Part shown: in pieces, positions 45,498-57,012 of the stretch
Position numbering within the stretch: position 1 is the first letter of the stretch
Layout: each line of letters opens with the position of its first letter
Assembly: GCA_025594325.1 (NCBI GenBank)
Contig: JANHCV010000007.1
Coordinates: 434,001-498,000 of the forward strand
DNA length: 64,000 nt
DNA from: Blastocladiella emersonii ATCC 22665
Lineage: Eukaryota; Fungi; Blastocladiomycota
Direction of reading: 5' to 3'
Position numbers and translations under genes: made by a program
Notes under the pieces: generated by a model
Seen by the model: only the letters and a program-made list of their open reading frames with translations
The model's database searches: none
What the model was told of the DNA's origin: nothing

Positions 45498-45557
45498 TGT
45501 GGCGCAACGCGTCCATATGGCGGCGCCAAGCCTCTCGATTTGATCACAGAAGTGATC
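45498..45557 (+). repeat. ~60-bp structured repeat, copy B
   Basis: TGTGGCGCAACGCGTCCATATGGCGGCGCCAAGCCTCTCGATTTGATCACAGAAGTGATC. Confidence 0.85.
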
Positions 45558-46592
45558 TCGAGACCTTAGCGATGTTGAGCACCCGGCGGCGCATTCTCAC
45601 GAGCGGCATTCTCACGAATGTGGCGCACCGCGGTTTGCCGTTCAGGGCAAGCGGGCGGGTCCGCGGTTCGCCCGCCGGCCCACGCGCACGCGCTCCCTCG
45701 GGCCCGCCACGAGCTCGCCTCCCCGCTCCCCCTCTCGCTGAATAAACCCTCCACTTCGTGCAATGATATCCCTCAATGTGAACCGACATCTCCGCTGAGC
45801 TGAGCTGAGCTGCGGGGGCGACGCGGCGCGCCGCCGCCGCCGGGCGCGAGAGGCCGTGCGGCGCTCGCTCGCTCGCTCGCCGCTGCATGAACGTTCCGGT
45901 CCGCGATCCCGATGCCATGGTGTTCAGTTATTCAAGTGGTGATTGGCTAGAGCAAGGAGCTGGGGGGAGAGCAAGGCTTTTGAGACTTCGAGAGCGCGCG
46001 CAGGCGAAGCGAGCGAAACTATTGAGGCAGAGGGCGTGGGTGTGTGGCGGCAGGATCGCATGGGCGGCAGCGGTTTGCTCGCGCTGTTTTGCGCCGCGTG
46101 ATCCAGCGTGTGATGCAGCTCATCAGTTCTGCGCGCGACTTGCACGCGTCGTGCATCGACTGTCTCCGAGTGTCTCACGGTGTCTCTTGTCCGGCAACAA
46201 CCGAGCCTGGGACACGCCGCCGCTGCCAGACACACGACTGCTGTGAGCGGCACTCACGCCTTCCGCGTCAGCTGCCTCGACGCCCGATCCAAGGGCTCAA
46301 CCGAGCCTTTGAGAGCTGCCGTCAGCTTAATGGCGCGTCGCCAGGCTCGCTGCCTTTCTCTCGGTGGCTATGTGGGGTGTGGCGGCGGGGAGCGCCACGC
46401 TGCGGCGGCGCGTGGCGTAACTTGAAACAACACACGCTTCTCGCTCGCCTCGACCAGCCCCCCCTGCCTCGACCACTTGGACCCGATCACGCGGCAGGTG
46501 GACAGGCTAGCAGTGTGGCGGCAGAGCAAACCTTCTTCAAGCTGCCGCGCGCCGACTTGGCTCTCGCTCTCTCCTTGCCCGCAGTTCTTGCA

Positions 46593-47315
46593 ATGACAGT
46601 CCGCAACCCGATCATCCGGTCTGAGACCAACTCGTCCACTTCCCGCGCAGCTGGCGCTCATGGTGGCGACTCCACGACCGACGAGCTCGCCGAGCTCAAG
46701 GCGCGACTCGCGCAGAGCGAGGCCAAGACGGCCGCCTTCATCGTGCAACTGGCCAATGTGCACGACGAGAACGAGAAGCTCAAGTTGGAGTTGTTGGCGG
46801 TGCGAGTGGAGCTGTCGACAACGCAGCTGGAGCTCAAGCGGGCCAAGCTCGACCTCGAGATTGCCCAGGGCAGCAGCGCGATCCTCGGGAAGGCCGCCAA
46901 GACCCCCACCACCACGCCCGCCGCCGCGGCCGCCGAGGTCAAGCCCAAGCAGAAGCAGACAACGGCCGAGCTCGAGGCCGTCAAGGCTGACCTCACGCTG
47001 GCGAACTCGCACATCGAGTTGCAGGGGGTGGTCCTGGCCGAGTACAACCAGGAGCGCCAGGAGGAGTTTTTCCTGGCGCACGCCATGGTCGACGACGCGC
47101 TGCACGAGGCCAACCGGTACTCGGATTTAACGCGCGAGTCGATGCTGCGCAAGATGCAGGAGTACGCCCGAAAGCACGACAAGGCCAAGGGCATGGGCGT
47201 GTTCGAGAAGCGGAGCGGGCGGTGGACCGCGCCGCGGTCGGCGTTCCCTGCCGCGCTGCGCCACCTGGGGCTCGAGATGCCTGAGAAGTATCGGGTTGGG
47301 CTGCAGCTCAATTGA
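46593..47315 (+). CDS. Unknown coiled-coil protein (240 aa), intronless
   Basis: Heptad-rich segment ELAELKARLAQSE..LKLELLAVRVELSTTQLELKRAKLDLE; GC3-biased codons. Confidence 0.7.
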   Translation: MTVRNPIIRSETNSSTSRAAGAHGGDSTTDELAELKARLAQSEAKTAAFIVQLANVHDENEKLKLELLAVRVELSTTQLELKRAKLDLEIAQGSSAILGKAAKTPTTTPAAAAAEVKPKQKQTTAELEAVKADLTLANSHIELQGVVLAEYNQERQEEFFLAHAMVDDALHEANRYSDLTRESMLRKMQEYARKHDKAKGMGVFEKRSGRWTAPRSAFPAALRHLGLEMPEKYRVGLQLN

Positions 47316-47391
47316 GTTTGAATGTATTTTGTTGCTGACGCATCAATTCCTCGCTTTTTGCGCATCGAGAGTCTGAGCGTAAAGCTCGCAG

Positions 47392-47451
47392 TGCGGCGCG
47401 ACGCGTCCATGTGGCATAGTGAAGCTGCATCAACTGATCGCGGGGATGATC
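47392..47451 (+). repeat. ~60-bp structured repeat, copy D (overlaps the PWP1 stop codon)
   Basis: TGCGGCGCGACGCGTCCATGTGGCATAGTGAAGCTGCATCAACTGATCGCGGGGATGATC shares both conserved halves with copy C. Confidence 0.65.
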
Positions 47452-48938
47452 TCCAGGTTTGCGGGAGAATCGGCGTCGCTACAGCCGCTTTTGGCCGAGA
47501 TGACCCTGTCCGTGCTCAAATCTAGCACGACCGCGCCTTTTTGGCCTCCAACAGCAAGGACGCGCTCGTGGTCGGGACTCCACGCGCATGTGCTCAGCAT
47601 CCCAAGATCCAGCTTGCGTTCGGAGATCAGCGTAGGCCGCGCTGCATCCGAAACTACGTCCCACAACTTGACTAACCCATCATACCCAACCGACGGGAGC
47701 GTGGTTCCCGCGGGCGAGAGCGCGATGCAGGCCGCTGCGCCAGCGTGCGCGGATACCCGGCCAAGGGTTGCCGCGGGGTTGCGCAGGTCGAGGACCACGA
47801 TATCGCCGCCCGCGGTCGACACGAACACGCGCTGCTGGTCGGACGGCGCGAACACGGCCGACCTGGGGAACGCCATACCGGTCGGAATCGCGGCCGTGGG
47901 GTCCGGGGACAGGTCGAAGCGCAACGCACTCTCTGCCGCCGACTTGGGCGACAACCGCGTATCGAGGTACCGCACCGTCCTATCACTGCTACCCGTAAGC
48001 AGGCACGCGGGTGTGAGGGGCGACCACTTGGTCAGCGTCACCTCGCTGCCGCGGTGGCTCGCTGGCTGTTGCGGGTGCGGGATGAACGAGGCCGTGGAAC
48101 GCAGCGCGTCGAGGTCCCACACCTTGACCGTCGAGTCCTGGGACCCAGACGCGAGCAGTTTGGGATGGCTCGGGTGCCATGACAGCGCGGCCACGCACAT
48201 GACGTGGTACTCGCCGTTGGGCGTTGCCTTTGGGCCGAACATGGTGGGCGGGTTGAACTTGCTGCCGCGGTTTCGGCGCGGCGCGCTGCCGAGGTACGCC
48301 ACGGGGAGCATTGGGCCGACGATGTCGGCGTTCCACAGCTCTATGTCAAAGCGCTGCCCGGCCACGGCCAGGAAGTTGCCCGTCGCGCCGGGCGGCGGGT
48401 TGAAGAGCGGCGGCGCCGCAGCGAGCGTGCCGGGAGCGCGGTTGAACCACTCAACGGCAGTTGGCATCCCAGGCAGCCACGCGTCGTGAATCTTGCGCAC
48501 GGAGTACTGGGCAGCGTCGTCGCAAGGGTGTTGCTTCTTGAGAGCGTGGAACTGCAGCTGGTTGCCGCGGGCTTTGGAGCGGGTCCCGAGAACAAGCACG
48601 CTCTCGTCATGAGCAATGTTGACTGCTGCATCAAGTTTGCCGCCGTTATTCTCATCGTTGTCGGTGTTCGCGGAGGGAGGGCGGTGGTCGGCATCACCCG
48701 CACTCACGCTAGCATCATCCACAGCCTCTGTCTTGACCGCCGCTTCCGCTTCCACCTCGTGCGCGACACGAGAGTATATGTCTGTTTCTGGCGCGAGCCG
48801 AGGGCGTCCCAAGAGTACACGCTCGGACCCAGCCAGCCGAGCAAGAAGGTCGTGGTCGGGGCTGCCCGCTGGAACATGGCGCGGCGCGGGTGCGCTCGCG
48901 CCCTGCTTGATCCATAGCAGCGTCGATATCATTGACAT
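47430..48938 (-). CDS. PWP1: PWP1-like WD40 protein, divergent, intronless
   Basis: MISTLLWIKQG N-terminal motif; DAWLPGMPTAVEWF..GNFLAVA..DIELWNADIVGPMLPVAYLG; LLASGSQDSTVKVWDL. Confidence 0.75.
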   Translation of the reverse strand: MSMISTLLWIKQGASAPAPRHVPAGSPDHDLLARLAGSERVLLGRPRLAPETDIYSRVAHEVEAEAAVKTEAVDDASVSAGDADHRPPSANTDNDENNGGKLDAAVNIAHDESVLVLGTRSKARGNQLQFHALKKQHPCDDAAQYSVRKIHDAWLPGMPTAVEWFNRAPGTLAAAPPLFNPPPGATGNFLAVAGQRFDIELWNADIVGPMLPVAYLGSAPRRNRGSKFNPPTMFGPKATPNGEYHVMCVAALSWHPSHPKLLASGSQDSTVKVWDLDALRSTASFIPHPQQPASHRGSEVTLTKWSPLTPACLLTGSSDRTVRYLDTRLSPKSAAESALRFDLSPDPTAAIPTGMAFPRSAVFAPSDQQRVFVSTAGGDIVVLDLRNPAATLGRVSAHAGAAACIALSPAGTTLPSVGYDGLVKLWDVVSDAARPTLISERKLDLGMLSTCAWSPDHERVLAVGGQKGAVVLDLSTDRVISAKSGCSDADSPANLEIIPAIS

Positions 48939-49170
48939 TGTGAGTGGAGAGAAAATTACTAGAGGTTGCATGAAGGGAGGCGGGGAGTGAGTGGTGGCCG
49001 AGCGAACGAATCAAGTTCGATGGCTGTACACTCTGCATGCACTCACCCAGCAAACCACGCTGTGTGACGCCCTCTAAGCTCATCGACGAGCGCATTGATT
49101 ACGCCTCGTCAAGAAAATTGGCTCCTTGGACGCGACTTCTTTCTTTCCTCGGTCGCAGCACGGCTGAAAA

Positions 49171-49232
49171 TGTGGCGCAACACGTCCGTGTGGCGCAGCG
49201 CCTCTCCGCGAGATCTGATCGCGACCATGATC
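49171..49232 (+). repeat. ~60-bp structured repeat, copy C
   Basis: TGTGGCGCAACACGTCCGTGTGGCGCAGCGCCTCTCCGCGAGATCTGATCGCGACCATGATC. Confidence 0.75.
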
Positions 49233-49391
49233 GAGAACCTTTCTCGGCTTGCCTTTCAACCTGGTGAGCCGGATGCTCAAACAAGTGCCTGTCTGCGAAC
49301 CGATCCCAAATCCCGAAGCCAGCACAACCAGCGCGGATGATACAAAAACGATTCAAACTATGTATACCTAACACTTTCCCCCTTCCACTCT

Positions 49392-52300
49392 CTAATCGGC
49401 GCGCGTCCGCCGCTTGACCATCTCCTCGTCCGCACACACCGCGACCGCGCGTCGCCACGCATCCCAATCACCCGCCTCCGCGACGCGATGAACAACCCGG
49501 CGGTACGCCGCCGCGAGCTGCTCGTCCTTGGTCTCGACGCGCTCAAGCGTGAACGCGAGCTGTCCGGCAGGTGCGCCGAGGACGCGCGCCTCGAACCCGG
49601 GCTCGGGCTTGGCGGTCGCCGCGAGGGCGATCCATCCCGCGCACTCGGTTGCGGTTTCGAGAGACGCCAAAACGCGGCGGACGGTGGCCTGGACGCGCGG
49701 CGCGGCCGCGGCGACGGCGGTGACGGCGTCGAGGATCGCGAGCCAGAGGGCGGGGTCGCGGGCGGGCGCGATGTCGAGCAGGTCAACGGACGTGAGGCAC
49801 GTCTGCGCGATGAGCGCGGCGTGGGCCTTCTGCACGTCCGTGTGGGTCGCGAGGACGGCCATGGTGCGTGCGATGGCGACGAGGAGCGCGGGCTGTGCGG
49901 TAGCCGAGGCGCCCTTGGTGGTACCTGCCTCGTTCGTCGCGGTAGCGGCGGCGGGGACGAGCGTCTCCGCGACGCGGTGGAGGTACGGGAGGACGCCCGT
50001 CGCAAACACGCTGCGCTCGAGGGTGCCCGCCATCTCGGCGTCGGCAGACCGCGTCAGGACGCACGCGTTGAGGACGACGTGCAGCATGCCGCGCGCGTGG
50101 TGCGGCGGGACGCCCGCGGGCGCGGACCCGAGGGACTGCATCCAGTCGAACACGTGGCGGTCGAGGAACGTTTTCGCGTCGGCGGCGGTCCGAAGCGTGG
50201 CCTGGAGGAGCATGAGCATCCACCCGCGCTCGCGGCCGGCGCGCGGCATGAGGTCCAGGAACGCAGGGATCCCTTCGAGGTCGAGGTACGGCCGCGCGAG
50301 GAGCGCCGCGTGGACGGGCTCGTACGCGTCGTGCTCCGGGTGGAGCAGGAGCCCCGTGGCGAGGGCGACGTAGGTGGCCGTGATGCACGGCAGGCGCGTC
50401 GGGTCGGTCGGGTCGCGCGACGTGATCTGGTGGCGCAGGAGGTCGAGGACGAGGATGATGGACGCCTTCCCCTTGATGCGCGACGTGTCGATGAGCGTCG
50501 AGAACTCGTCGAGGACTGCGAGCGCGGCGCGGCGCATGGCGGGGTGCGCGGAGGCGAGCGCCGCGATCGCGAGCCCGACGAGGTGCCGCTCGAGGAGGAG
50601 CCGGATGTCGATGGTGTTGCCCTGCTCGAGGTACTTGAGCGCCATGGCGAGGAAGAACCGCGGGTCGTACAGGTAGTCGCGGTCCTCGCCAATCGGCGCG
50701 GCCGGGACCTCGGGCACCGCGTCGAGCGCCGGCTGCAGGTCGAGGTCGAGCGGGAGGTACCGCATCGAGCGGGCCATCTTGTCGGCGTCGATCAGGTCAA
50801 TCGAGTCCTCGACGGTCCGCACGAGCGTGCTCGGCGGCTGGCCCCAGAACAGGAGGTGCTGGCCGAGGTGGGTCCCGGCGCGCAGCTCGTACAGCTGGAA
50901 GATGGCGAGGATCGTGGCGTCGCGCGGGTGCAGCGTCGCCTTGTAGTGCGCGACAAGCTGCAGCATGTAGTCGTGCTTGCACAGGCGTGCGGGGTCCGTC
51001 GCCATGATGCGGTGCGCCGCGCACAGGAGGCGGACCTGCGTGTCCCCACTGATCCCCTCCTCGCCCTCGGCGGCGTTGAGCGCCGCGAAGATGGCGTCGA
51101 GCACCGCCGAAATCACGCCCGACGACTGGTTCCGCGCAATCTGCGGCGCCCACGCGAGGACGACGTCGAGCGCTGCCGTCTCGCGGGTCGCGAGCAGCGC
51201 GTCAATGAACTCGGTCGGCTTGTCGAGGACGACCGCCGCGTCGTCGACGCTGGGCACGGCCGACGCCACAAACTCGAGCACAGCGGCGCGCTCGGGGATC
51301 GTCGCGACGCGGCGCGTCAGCAGCGCCGCGACGGCCTGCATGAACACGGCGACACGCTCGGGGTCGTCCCCGGCGGCGCGGGCCGCGAGGACGATGCTCG
51401 GGAGACTCGGCGCGACATCCTTGGGCGCGGCGGCCGCGCCGCCGACGGCCTCGCTGGCGACGAGCGCGACGCGGAGGTTGGGCGACTTGACGAGCGCAGG
51501 CACGCGGCACGCGAGGGCGAGGACGCGGTCGGCGGGGACGCCGTCCAGCCACTCGAGCGCGAACGCGGGCGCGGGGCCGACGGTCACGGATGCGTTGACG
51601 AGGGGCTCGATGTAGTCGGCGACAAGCTGCGCGTCCTTGGCGGCCTCGAGGTACGCGAGGAGGACCTCGTACAGGCGCGCCGAGTACGTGGCGAGGATCG
51701 TGACGAGGACCTGGCTCGACGGGGTGGCGGGGCGCAGGGCGAGGACGGACGTGAGGCACGACGCGGGGATGCGGGCAAGGTCAAGCGGCACCACTTCCGC
51801 GGCACGCAGGACCGCGTCGCTGCAGCTCCCGCGCACCGGGTACGCGGCCTGGAGGACGTGCAGCATGAGCTCGATGCGGTGCTCGGACACGTCGGCGGCG
51901 GTGAACAGGTGGTCGGCGACGGGCTGCGGGACCTGCGCGAGGCACGGGAGGAGCGTGAGCCACTGCGCGGCCGAGAGCGCCGACGTCGGGAGCTCCGCGA
52001 GATCGAGCGGCGCGCCGAGCGCCGAGTAGACGGCAGCGGCGGCGCGGCAGTGCGCCATTTTAGGGGACGACGCAGTGAGCGCAGCCTTGAACTCGGCGAG
52101 GACCGCGGCAACGGGCTCGCGCAGGGCCTCAGTGGCGCGGAGCTCGGCGGGGGCGAGGTGCTGCGCGACAAACTCGGCAGCGGGCTCCGGGTGCGCGCGG
52201 ACTACGGGAGCGAGCTGCGGGTGCTTCAGAATGACCGCAAGAAGCTTAGCGAGTGCAGCGCGGTCGTCAGCCGCGTCGTCGAGGATCGCCGTGAGCGCGC

Positions 52301-54989
52301 GGAACGTAGCCGCGGCGTCGTCGCCGTCGGCGGCGAGCGACTGCAGGCACCGGGTGACGCGGAGGACCGGGTTGTTCTGGGTACCCGAGACGTCGCCGGG
52401 GAGCGCGGCGAGGTCGACGGCCTGCGCCGTGAGCAGCCGCGTGAGCGGGCCGGGCGCGACCTGCGCGGCGAGGATGCGCGCGAGGACGGCCTTGGCGTAC
52501 GCCTTGGCGGCGTCCGGGATCGGCTCGGCCCCGTCGGCGGCGTTCGCCTGGGCGAGCTGCGCCACGAGCGCGGCGACCATGGGGCTGAACGGCAGGTCCG
52601 CCTCGGCGTCGGCGTCCTCGGCCGTCGCGTCCTGGTCGAGGCTCGCGCCGATCAGATCGAGCATGGCGTAGACGCGCTGGGTGGCGAACCCGAACAGGTT
52701 GGTGACGAACACGATGACGTCCATGGACGCGGGGAAGTCAGCGAGCCACCACTGCGGCTCGGCCGCGCACGCCGCAAACACGTTGGACGCGGCGAGGAGC
52801 TTGACGAGGAGCGGCGTCGACTGGTCGGCAAACTCGCCCGTCGCGTGGAGACGGAGCAGGGTGGCGAGCGATTTCGGCGCGAGCGTGGGCGGGACGACGC
52901 GGAGGAGGGCGAGGAGCTCGGCGCACAGCTCGGGCGGCGGGAGCGGCGCGAGGAGCTTGGAGGTATCGAACGCGGGGGTCCAGCGCGGTAGGAGCTCGGC
53001 GTGCAGCTTGATGGCGCGGACCGCGCACAGGTACACCATAGCGGGCTGGACGCCCTCGGCCTCCTCGAGCGCGCGCGCCGCGGGGTCCGTGACCGTGTCC
53101 AGATCATAAACGCCCGCGGCGAGCCGGCCCTGCGCGTTGAACAGGACCTTCTGGATCGACGCAAAGTCGGGGAGCAGACGCGCGACGTGGTTGGCGAGCT
53201 CCTCGCGGGCCGCGGCCCACTTGGCGGCCGCGTCGGCGTCGCGGTCCGACCACCACGCGGCGGCCGCGGCGAGCGCCGCGTCGGCCTGGCCGTACTTTTC
53301 GAGGACCGCGACGGCGAGGCGCAGCGTGAAGAAGAGGACGACGGGCGAGGCGAGCGACAGGCCGCGCGCGAGGTTCGCGCGCGTGATGGGCGGCGACGGC
53401 GCGACGTGCGCGAGGATGTGCGCGAGCGGCGGCGGGTCGAGGAGGTACACGTCGTTGGAGCTGCTGCTGGACGCGGCCGTCTGTGCGCCGAGATCGGTGT
53501 CGTCGCTTCCCGAAACAGCCGAGGCAGCGGCGTGGCTCGGGTCGAGCAGCTTCGGGAGCGGCGCGGCGACGAGGTCGCACACTAGGTTGACGTTGGCGAC
53601 CCAGCGGGCCGAGGGGCGCGGGTCGAGCGACATGGCGACGGTCTTGGTGTAATGGCCGACGAGCTCGGGCGACGCAGCGAAGATGCCGAACAGGAGCTCG
53701 CGCTGGAGGGCGTCGGTGATGTCGAGCTTGGTGGCGACGAGGGCGAGGAGCGGGTTGAAGAGGCGGTGTGCGCCGGCGGTCGACGGGTAGAGGCCGCGGT
53801 CGCGGAAGCAGACACCGGCGCCGGGCGTGGTGCACAGGCGGACGAGGAAGGCGTGGACGGCGTCGCGGTGGGCGGGGGCGAGGTACAGCTTGCGGAACAC
53901 GTCAAGCATGTACTGGTTGAAGAAGTGCATCTTGGTGGTGCGCGGCAGCTTGAGGTCGTCGGCGGCGGAGAGGAGGGCGTCGAGCAGGTCGGAGACGGCG
54001 TCGGGCGCGTCGGCCTCGAGGTCGCGAGTCAGCGGGCCAACGTAGTCGCGCGTCTCGAGGATGCGCTTGCGCACGGGGGTTTCAGAGGAGAGCAGCGCCG
54101 CGATGAACTGCATGTACGCGGAGCGCACCGTGGTGTGCGGCGTGGCATTCTCGGTGCGCGCGCGCTTGGCGCCGCGCCCCTTGCCTTCGGCCTCCACCTC
54201 GTCCTCGCCATCGGCAGCAGCCGGCTGCTCACCGTCCGCGGCAGCAGCGGGCGCCTTGCCGCCGTTCTTGGCGTTGGCGCGAGCGACAAAGGGTTTGGCG
54301 AGCTGCGGGTAGGGCTGCAGGAGCTCAGCGTTGATAAGCTCGAGGGCGTGGCCGTCGCGCACGCCCATGGTGAGGGTGCGCAGGGTGGCGATGGTGGTGA
54401 GCGGGTGGGACGAGGTCTTGAGCTGGTCTTCGAGGAAGCGCGAGTGGGCCTTGAGCAGGTGGCGGAAGAGCGGCGCGCGGTGGGTGGGCAGCGGGATCGG
54501 GACCGACAGGAAGAGGCCGATCACGTCGAGGATGACTGACTGGAGCGGGCGGTGGGACTAGATTCGTGGGAGCGAGAGTTAGCGCGGCGTTCGTGTCGAC
54601 GGGTGATGAGAAGTGCGGCGGACCTTGCTCCAGTCAAACGCGCTCCAGATGTGCCGCAGGTCCGGGTGCTCGTCAATGTACTCGATGATGACGCGCTGTG
54701 CGGCAATGTGCTTTGGGTGGTCGGGCTTGAAGAGCAAGCGCAGGTGGTCCTTGAGCTGCTTGCAGGCTAGGCGGGTGCGGATCAGAGCGAGTTCGGCCGC
54801 ATCTATGACTTAATATCGCGTACCGCGCGTCAGGAGCTCCATGTGGTCCGTCTCGAGGACCTGGGCGAGCTCCTGGGCCGACTGGAAGCACGTCACATCG
54901 TGGTGGTGCACGGCTGGCGCGGCAGCCGCTGGCGCATCGGCCGTGGCCACCGCGGCGACCTCGGGTTGTGCTGATGTTGTTTCTACCAT
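49392..54989 (-). CDS. URB1: Nucleolar pre-ribosomal-associated protein 1 (Npa1/URB1); introns 54767-54823 and 54558-54623
   Basis: ~1820-aa helical protein; N-terminal TVRSAYMQFIAALL..KTTKMHFFN pattern and C-terminal YDPRFFL..VGLAIAALAS..LPCI NopRA1-like region. Confidence 0.8.
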
Positions 54990-55761
54990 GTGGTCGTCGA
55001 CGGTGCCGGTGCGGCGAGTTTCATGGGCTATCCGTGATTCCGTGTGCGACGCGACTCGACTCACGACACTTCAGCGCGAGGAACGCGTAGTTCGGAAACG
55101 CAGAGCGAGAGGCGCGGTCGAGTTTTCGACGTCAGGTGAGGCGGGGTGACGCGTCGCCGGGCAGCAAAGGGCAGGGACGGCCCTGCCATCACGCATCAGA
55201 TAAGCCGCGATCGCGCGCGTCGGGTCGGCAAACAAACCGCGCCGTATCGCTCATCGCTCATCCTTGCTTGCCCCGCGATGCCTTGAGCCTCAAGAACCAC
55301 GCCCGTGCCCGACTCTCCCTCTCCCACTCACGCACCGCTATTCGCAACGTATCACACGCTCACGGAACAACCACGCATCGAGCCGCTCGCCTGCTGTCCA
55401 CGACGACGACCTGCAGCGACCGACCTCCATCTCCTTCTGAGGTATTGCTCGCTGCTGCCGCGTACCCGGCACGCCCGCTGTTGCCGGTGCCCGGAACGAA
55501 CGGAGCACTGACGACCCGACCGAACCCGCCGACCTAAACAGAGACCTCTAAGCGCGACGATCGGAATCCCCACATCCCGGCTCGCCCGGCCCTGACCCGA
55601 CTACCTGGCTTGCCCGGATAACCTGCGCCCTGCTGACGGTGTCGCGTACCGACCAACCGACCGAGCTCTTTCAACACGGGCTCGTCCCTTCCCACCCGTC
55701 CCCTCTCCCTCCGACTGCGCGCACCGCATCGGGAACCCCAACCACATCACCACACGCTACC

Positions 55762-56811
55762 ATGTCCTCTTCGTCCCCATACTCGCCAAGCTACTCTCCC
55801 GCCGCCGTCGCCGCCGCGTCGCTCGCCGCCTCGATGCCCGCGCCCGTGTCCGAATCTTCGATGGTCGCCGCGAACCCGGTCGAGATCGACCCCGACTACG
55901 AGGCGCTGCCGCCGACGGCGGGCCCGATCGCGCACATGGTGGCGGGCGCGCTGGCGGGGATCACGGAGCACACGGTCATGTACCCGGTGGACGCGGTCAA
56001 GACGCGGCTGCAGATCCTGTCGCCGACGCCGCAGGCGCTGTACTCGGGCACCATGAACGCGTTTGCCAAGATCTCGTCGACCGAGGGTGTGCGCGCGCTG
56101 TGGCGCGGGGTGTCGTCGGTCGTCGTCGGTGCCGGGCCCGCGCACGCGCTGTATTTCGCCACGTACGAGCACTTCAAGGCGTGGGCCATGGAGATCTCGC
56201 ACGCCGAGGACGAGCGCAACATCCACCCGGCGTGGGCGGGCGCCGCGGGCGCGACGGCGACTGTGGTGCAGGACGCGATCATGAACCCGTTCGACGTGAT
56301 CAAGCAGCGCATGCAGACCTTCTCGGGCCACCAGTACACGTCGCTCGTGCACTGCGCGCGGTCGGTGCTCGCCAACGAGGGGTTCCGCGCCTTCTACGTG
56401 TCGTACCCGACCACGCTGTCCATGTCGATCCCGTTCCAGTCGATCCATTTCGCCGTGTACGAGGCCGCCTCGGCCGCGCTCAACCCGTCGCGCCACTACG
56501 ACCCGAAATCGCACATTGTCGCCGGTGCCGCGGCGGGTGCGCTCGCGTCGCTGGTGACGACGCCGCTCGACGTGGCCAAGACGCTGCTGCAGACCAAGGG
56601 CGAGGTCAGCGACCCGGCGATCCGCAACGCCCGCGGCATGCGCGACGCGCTCCGGCTCGTGTGGGCGCGCGAGGGCGCCCGCGGGTTCGCCAAGGGTTGG
56701 GCGCCGCGAGTGCTGTCGCACATGCCCGCCACCGCCGTGTGCTGGACCACGTACGAGTACTTCAAGTTCTTCATGTCCACGTCGGCCGCGGACGCGGCGG
56801 CGATGGCATAG
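55762..56811 (+). CDS. MRS4: Mitochondrial iron carrier (mitoferrin, Mrs3/Mrs4 family)
   Basis: DYEALP..AGALAGITEHTVMYPVDAVKTRLQ; three PxDxxK carrier motifs; QFAVYE-like QSIHFAVYE. Confidence 0.9.
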   Translation: MSSSSPYSPSYSPAAVAAASLAASMPAPVSESSMVAANPVEIDPDYEALPPTAGPIAHMVAGALAGITEHTVMYPVDAVKTRLQILSPTPQALYSGTMNAFAKISSTEGVRALWRGVSSVVVGAGPAHALYFATYEHFKAWAMEISHAEDERNIHPAWAGAAGATATVVQDAIMNPFDVIKQRMQTFSGHQYTSLVHCARSVLANEGFRAFYVSYPTTLSMSIPFQSIHFAVYEAASAALNPSRHYDPKSHIVAGAAAGALASLVTTPLDVAKTLLQTKGEVSDPAIRNARGMRDALRLVWAREGARGFAKGWAPRVLSHMPATAVCWTTYEYFKFFMSTSAADAAAMA

Positions 56812-57012
56812 TTTGCCGGCAAAGAGTAGTTTTTGAACCCGCTATATATACATATTGATACAGGCCCCTCTCCCTTGTGTTGACGTTCGTGAGGTCGGTG
56901 AGGCCTCGAGCGAGACTTGGTCGCTGATCCTCGCGTCTCTCATCCACTCCACTTTGTGCATGCAAAACTTCCGTCTATCAACTCTACCCGCCCTCTCCTC
57001 ACCCCGCCGCAC

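Noticed and set aside
43405-49232. CRISPR interpretation of the spaced repeats
   Set aside because: Eukaryotic context, kilobase gene-containing spacers, divergent repeats and no cas genes.
49488-52991. 1167-aa plus-strand ORF, and similar long ORFs such as 2531-4432 and 37759-39339
   Set aside because: Antisense shadows of GC3-biased real genes; Arg/Gly-rich with no domain motifs.
54803-54823. 21-nt micro-intron in URB1
   Set aside because: A 57-nt intron (54767-54823) with a CTGAT branch site keeps frame and fits the normal size range.
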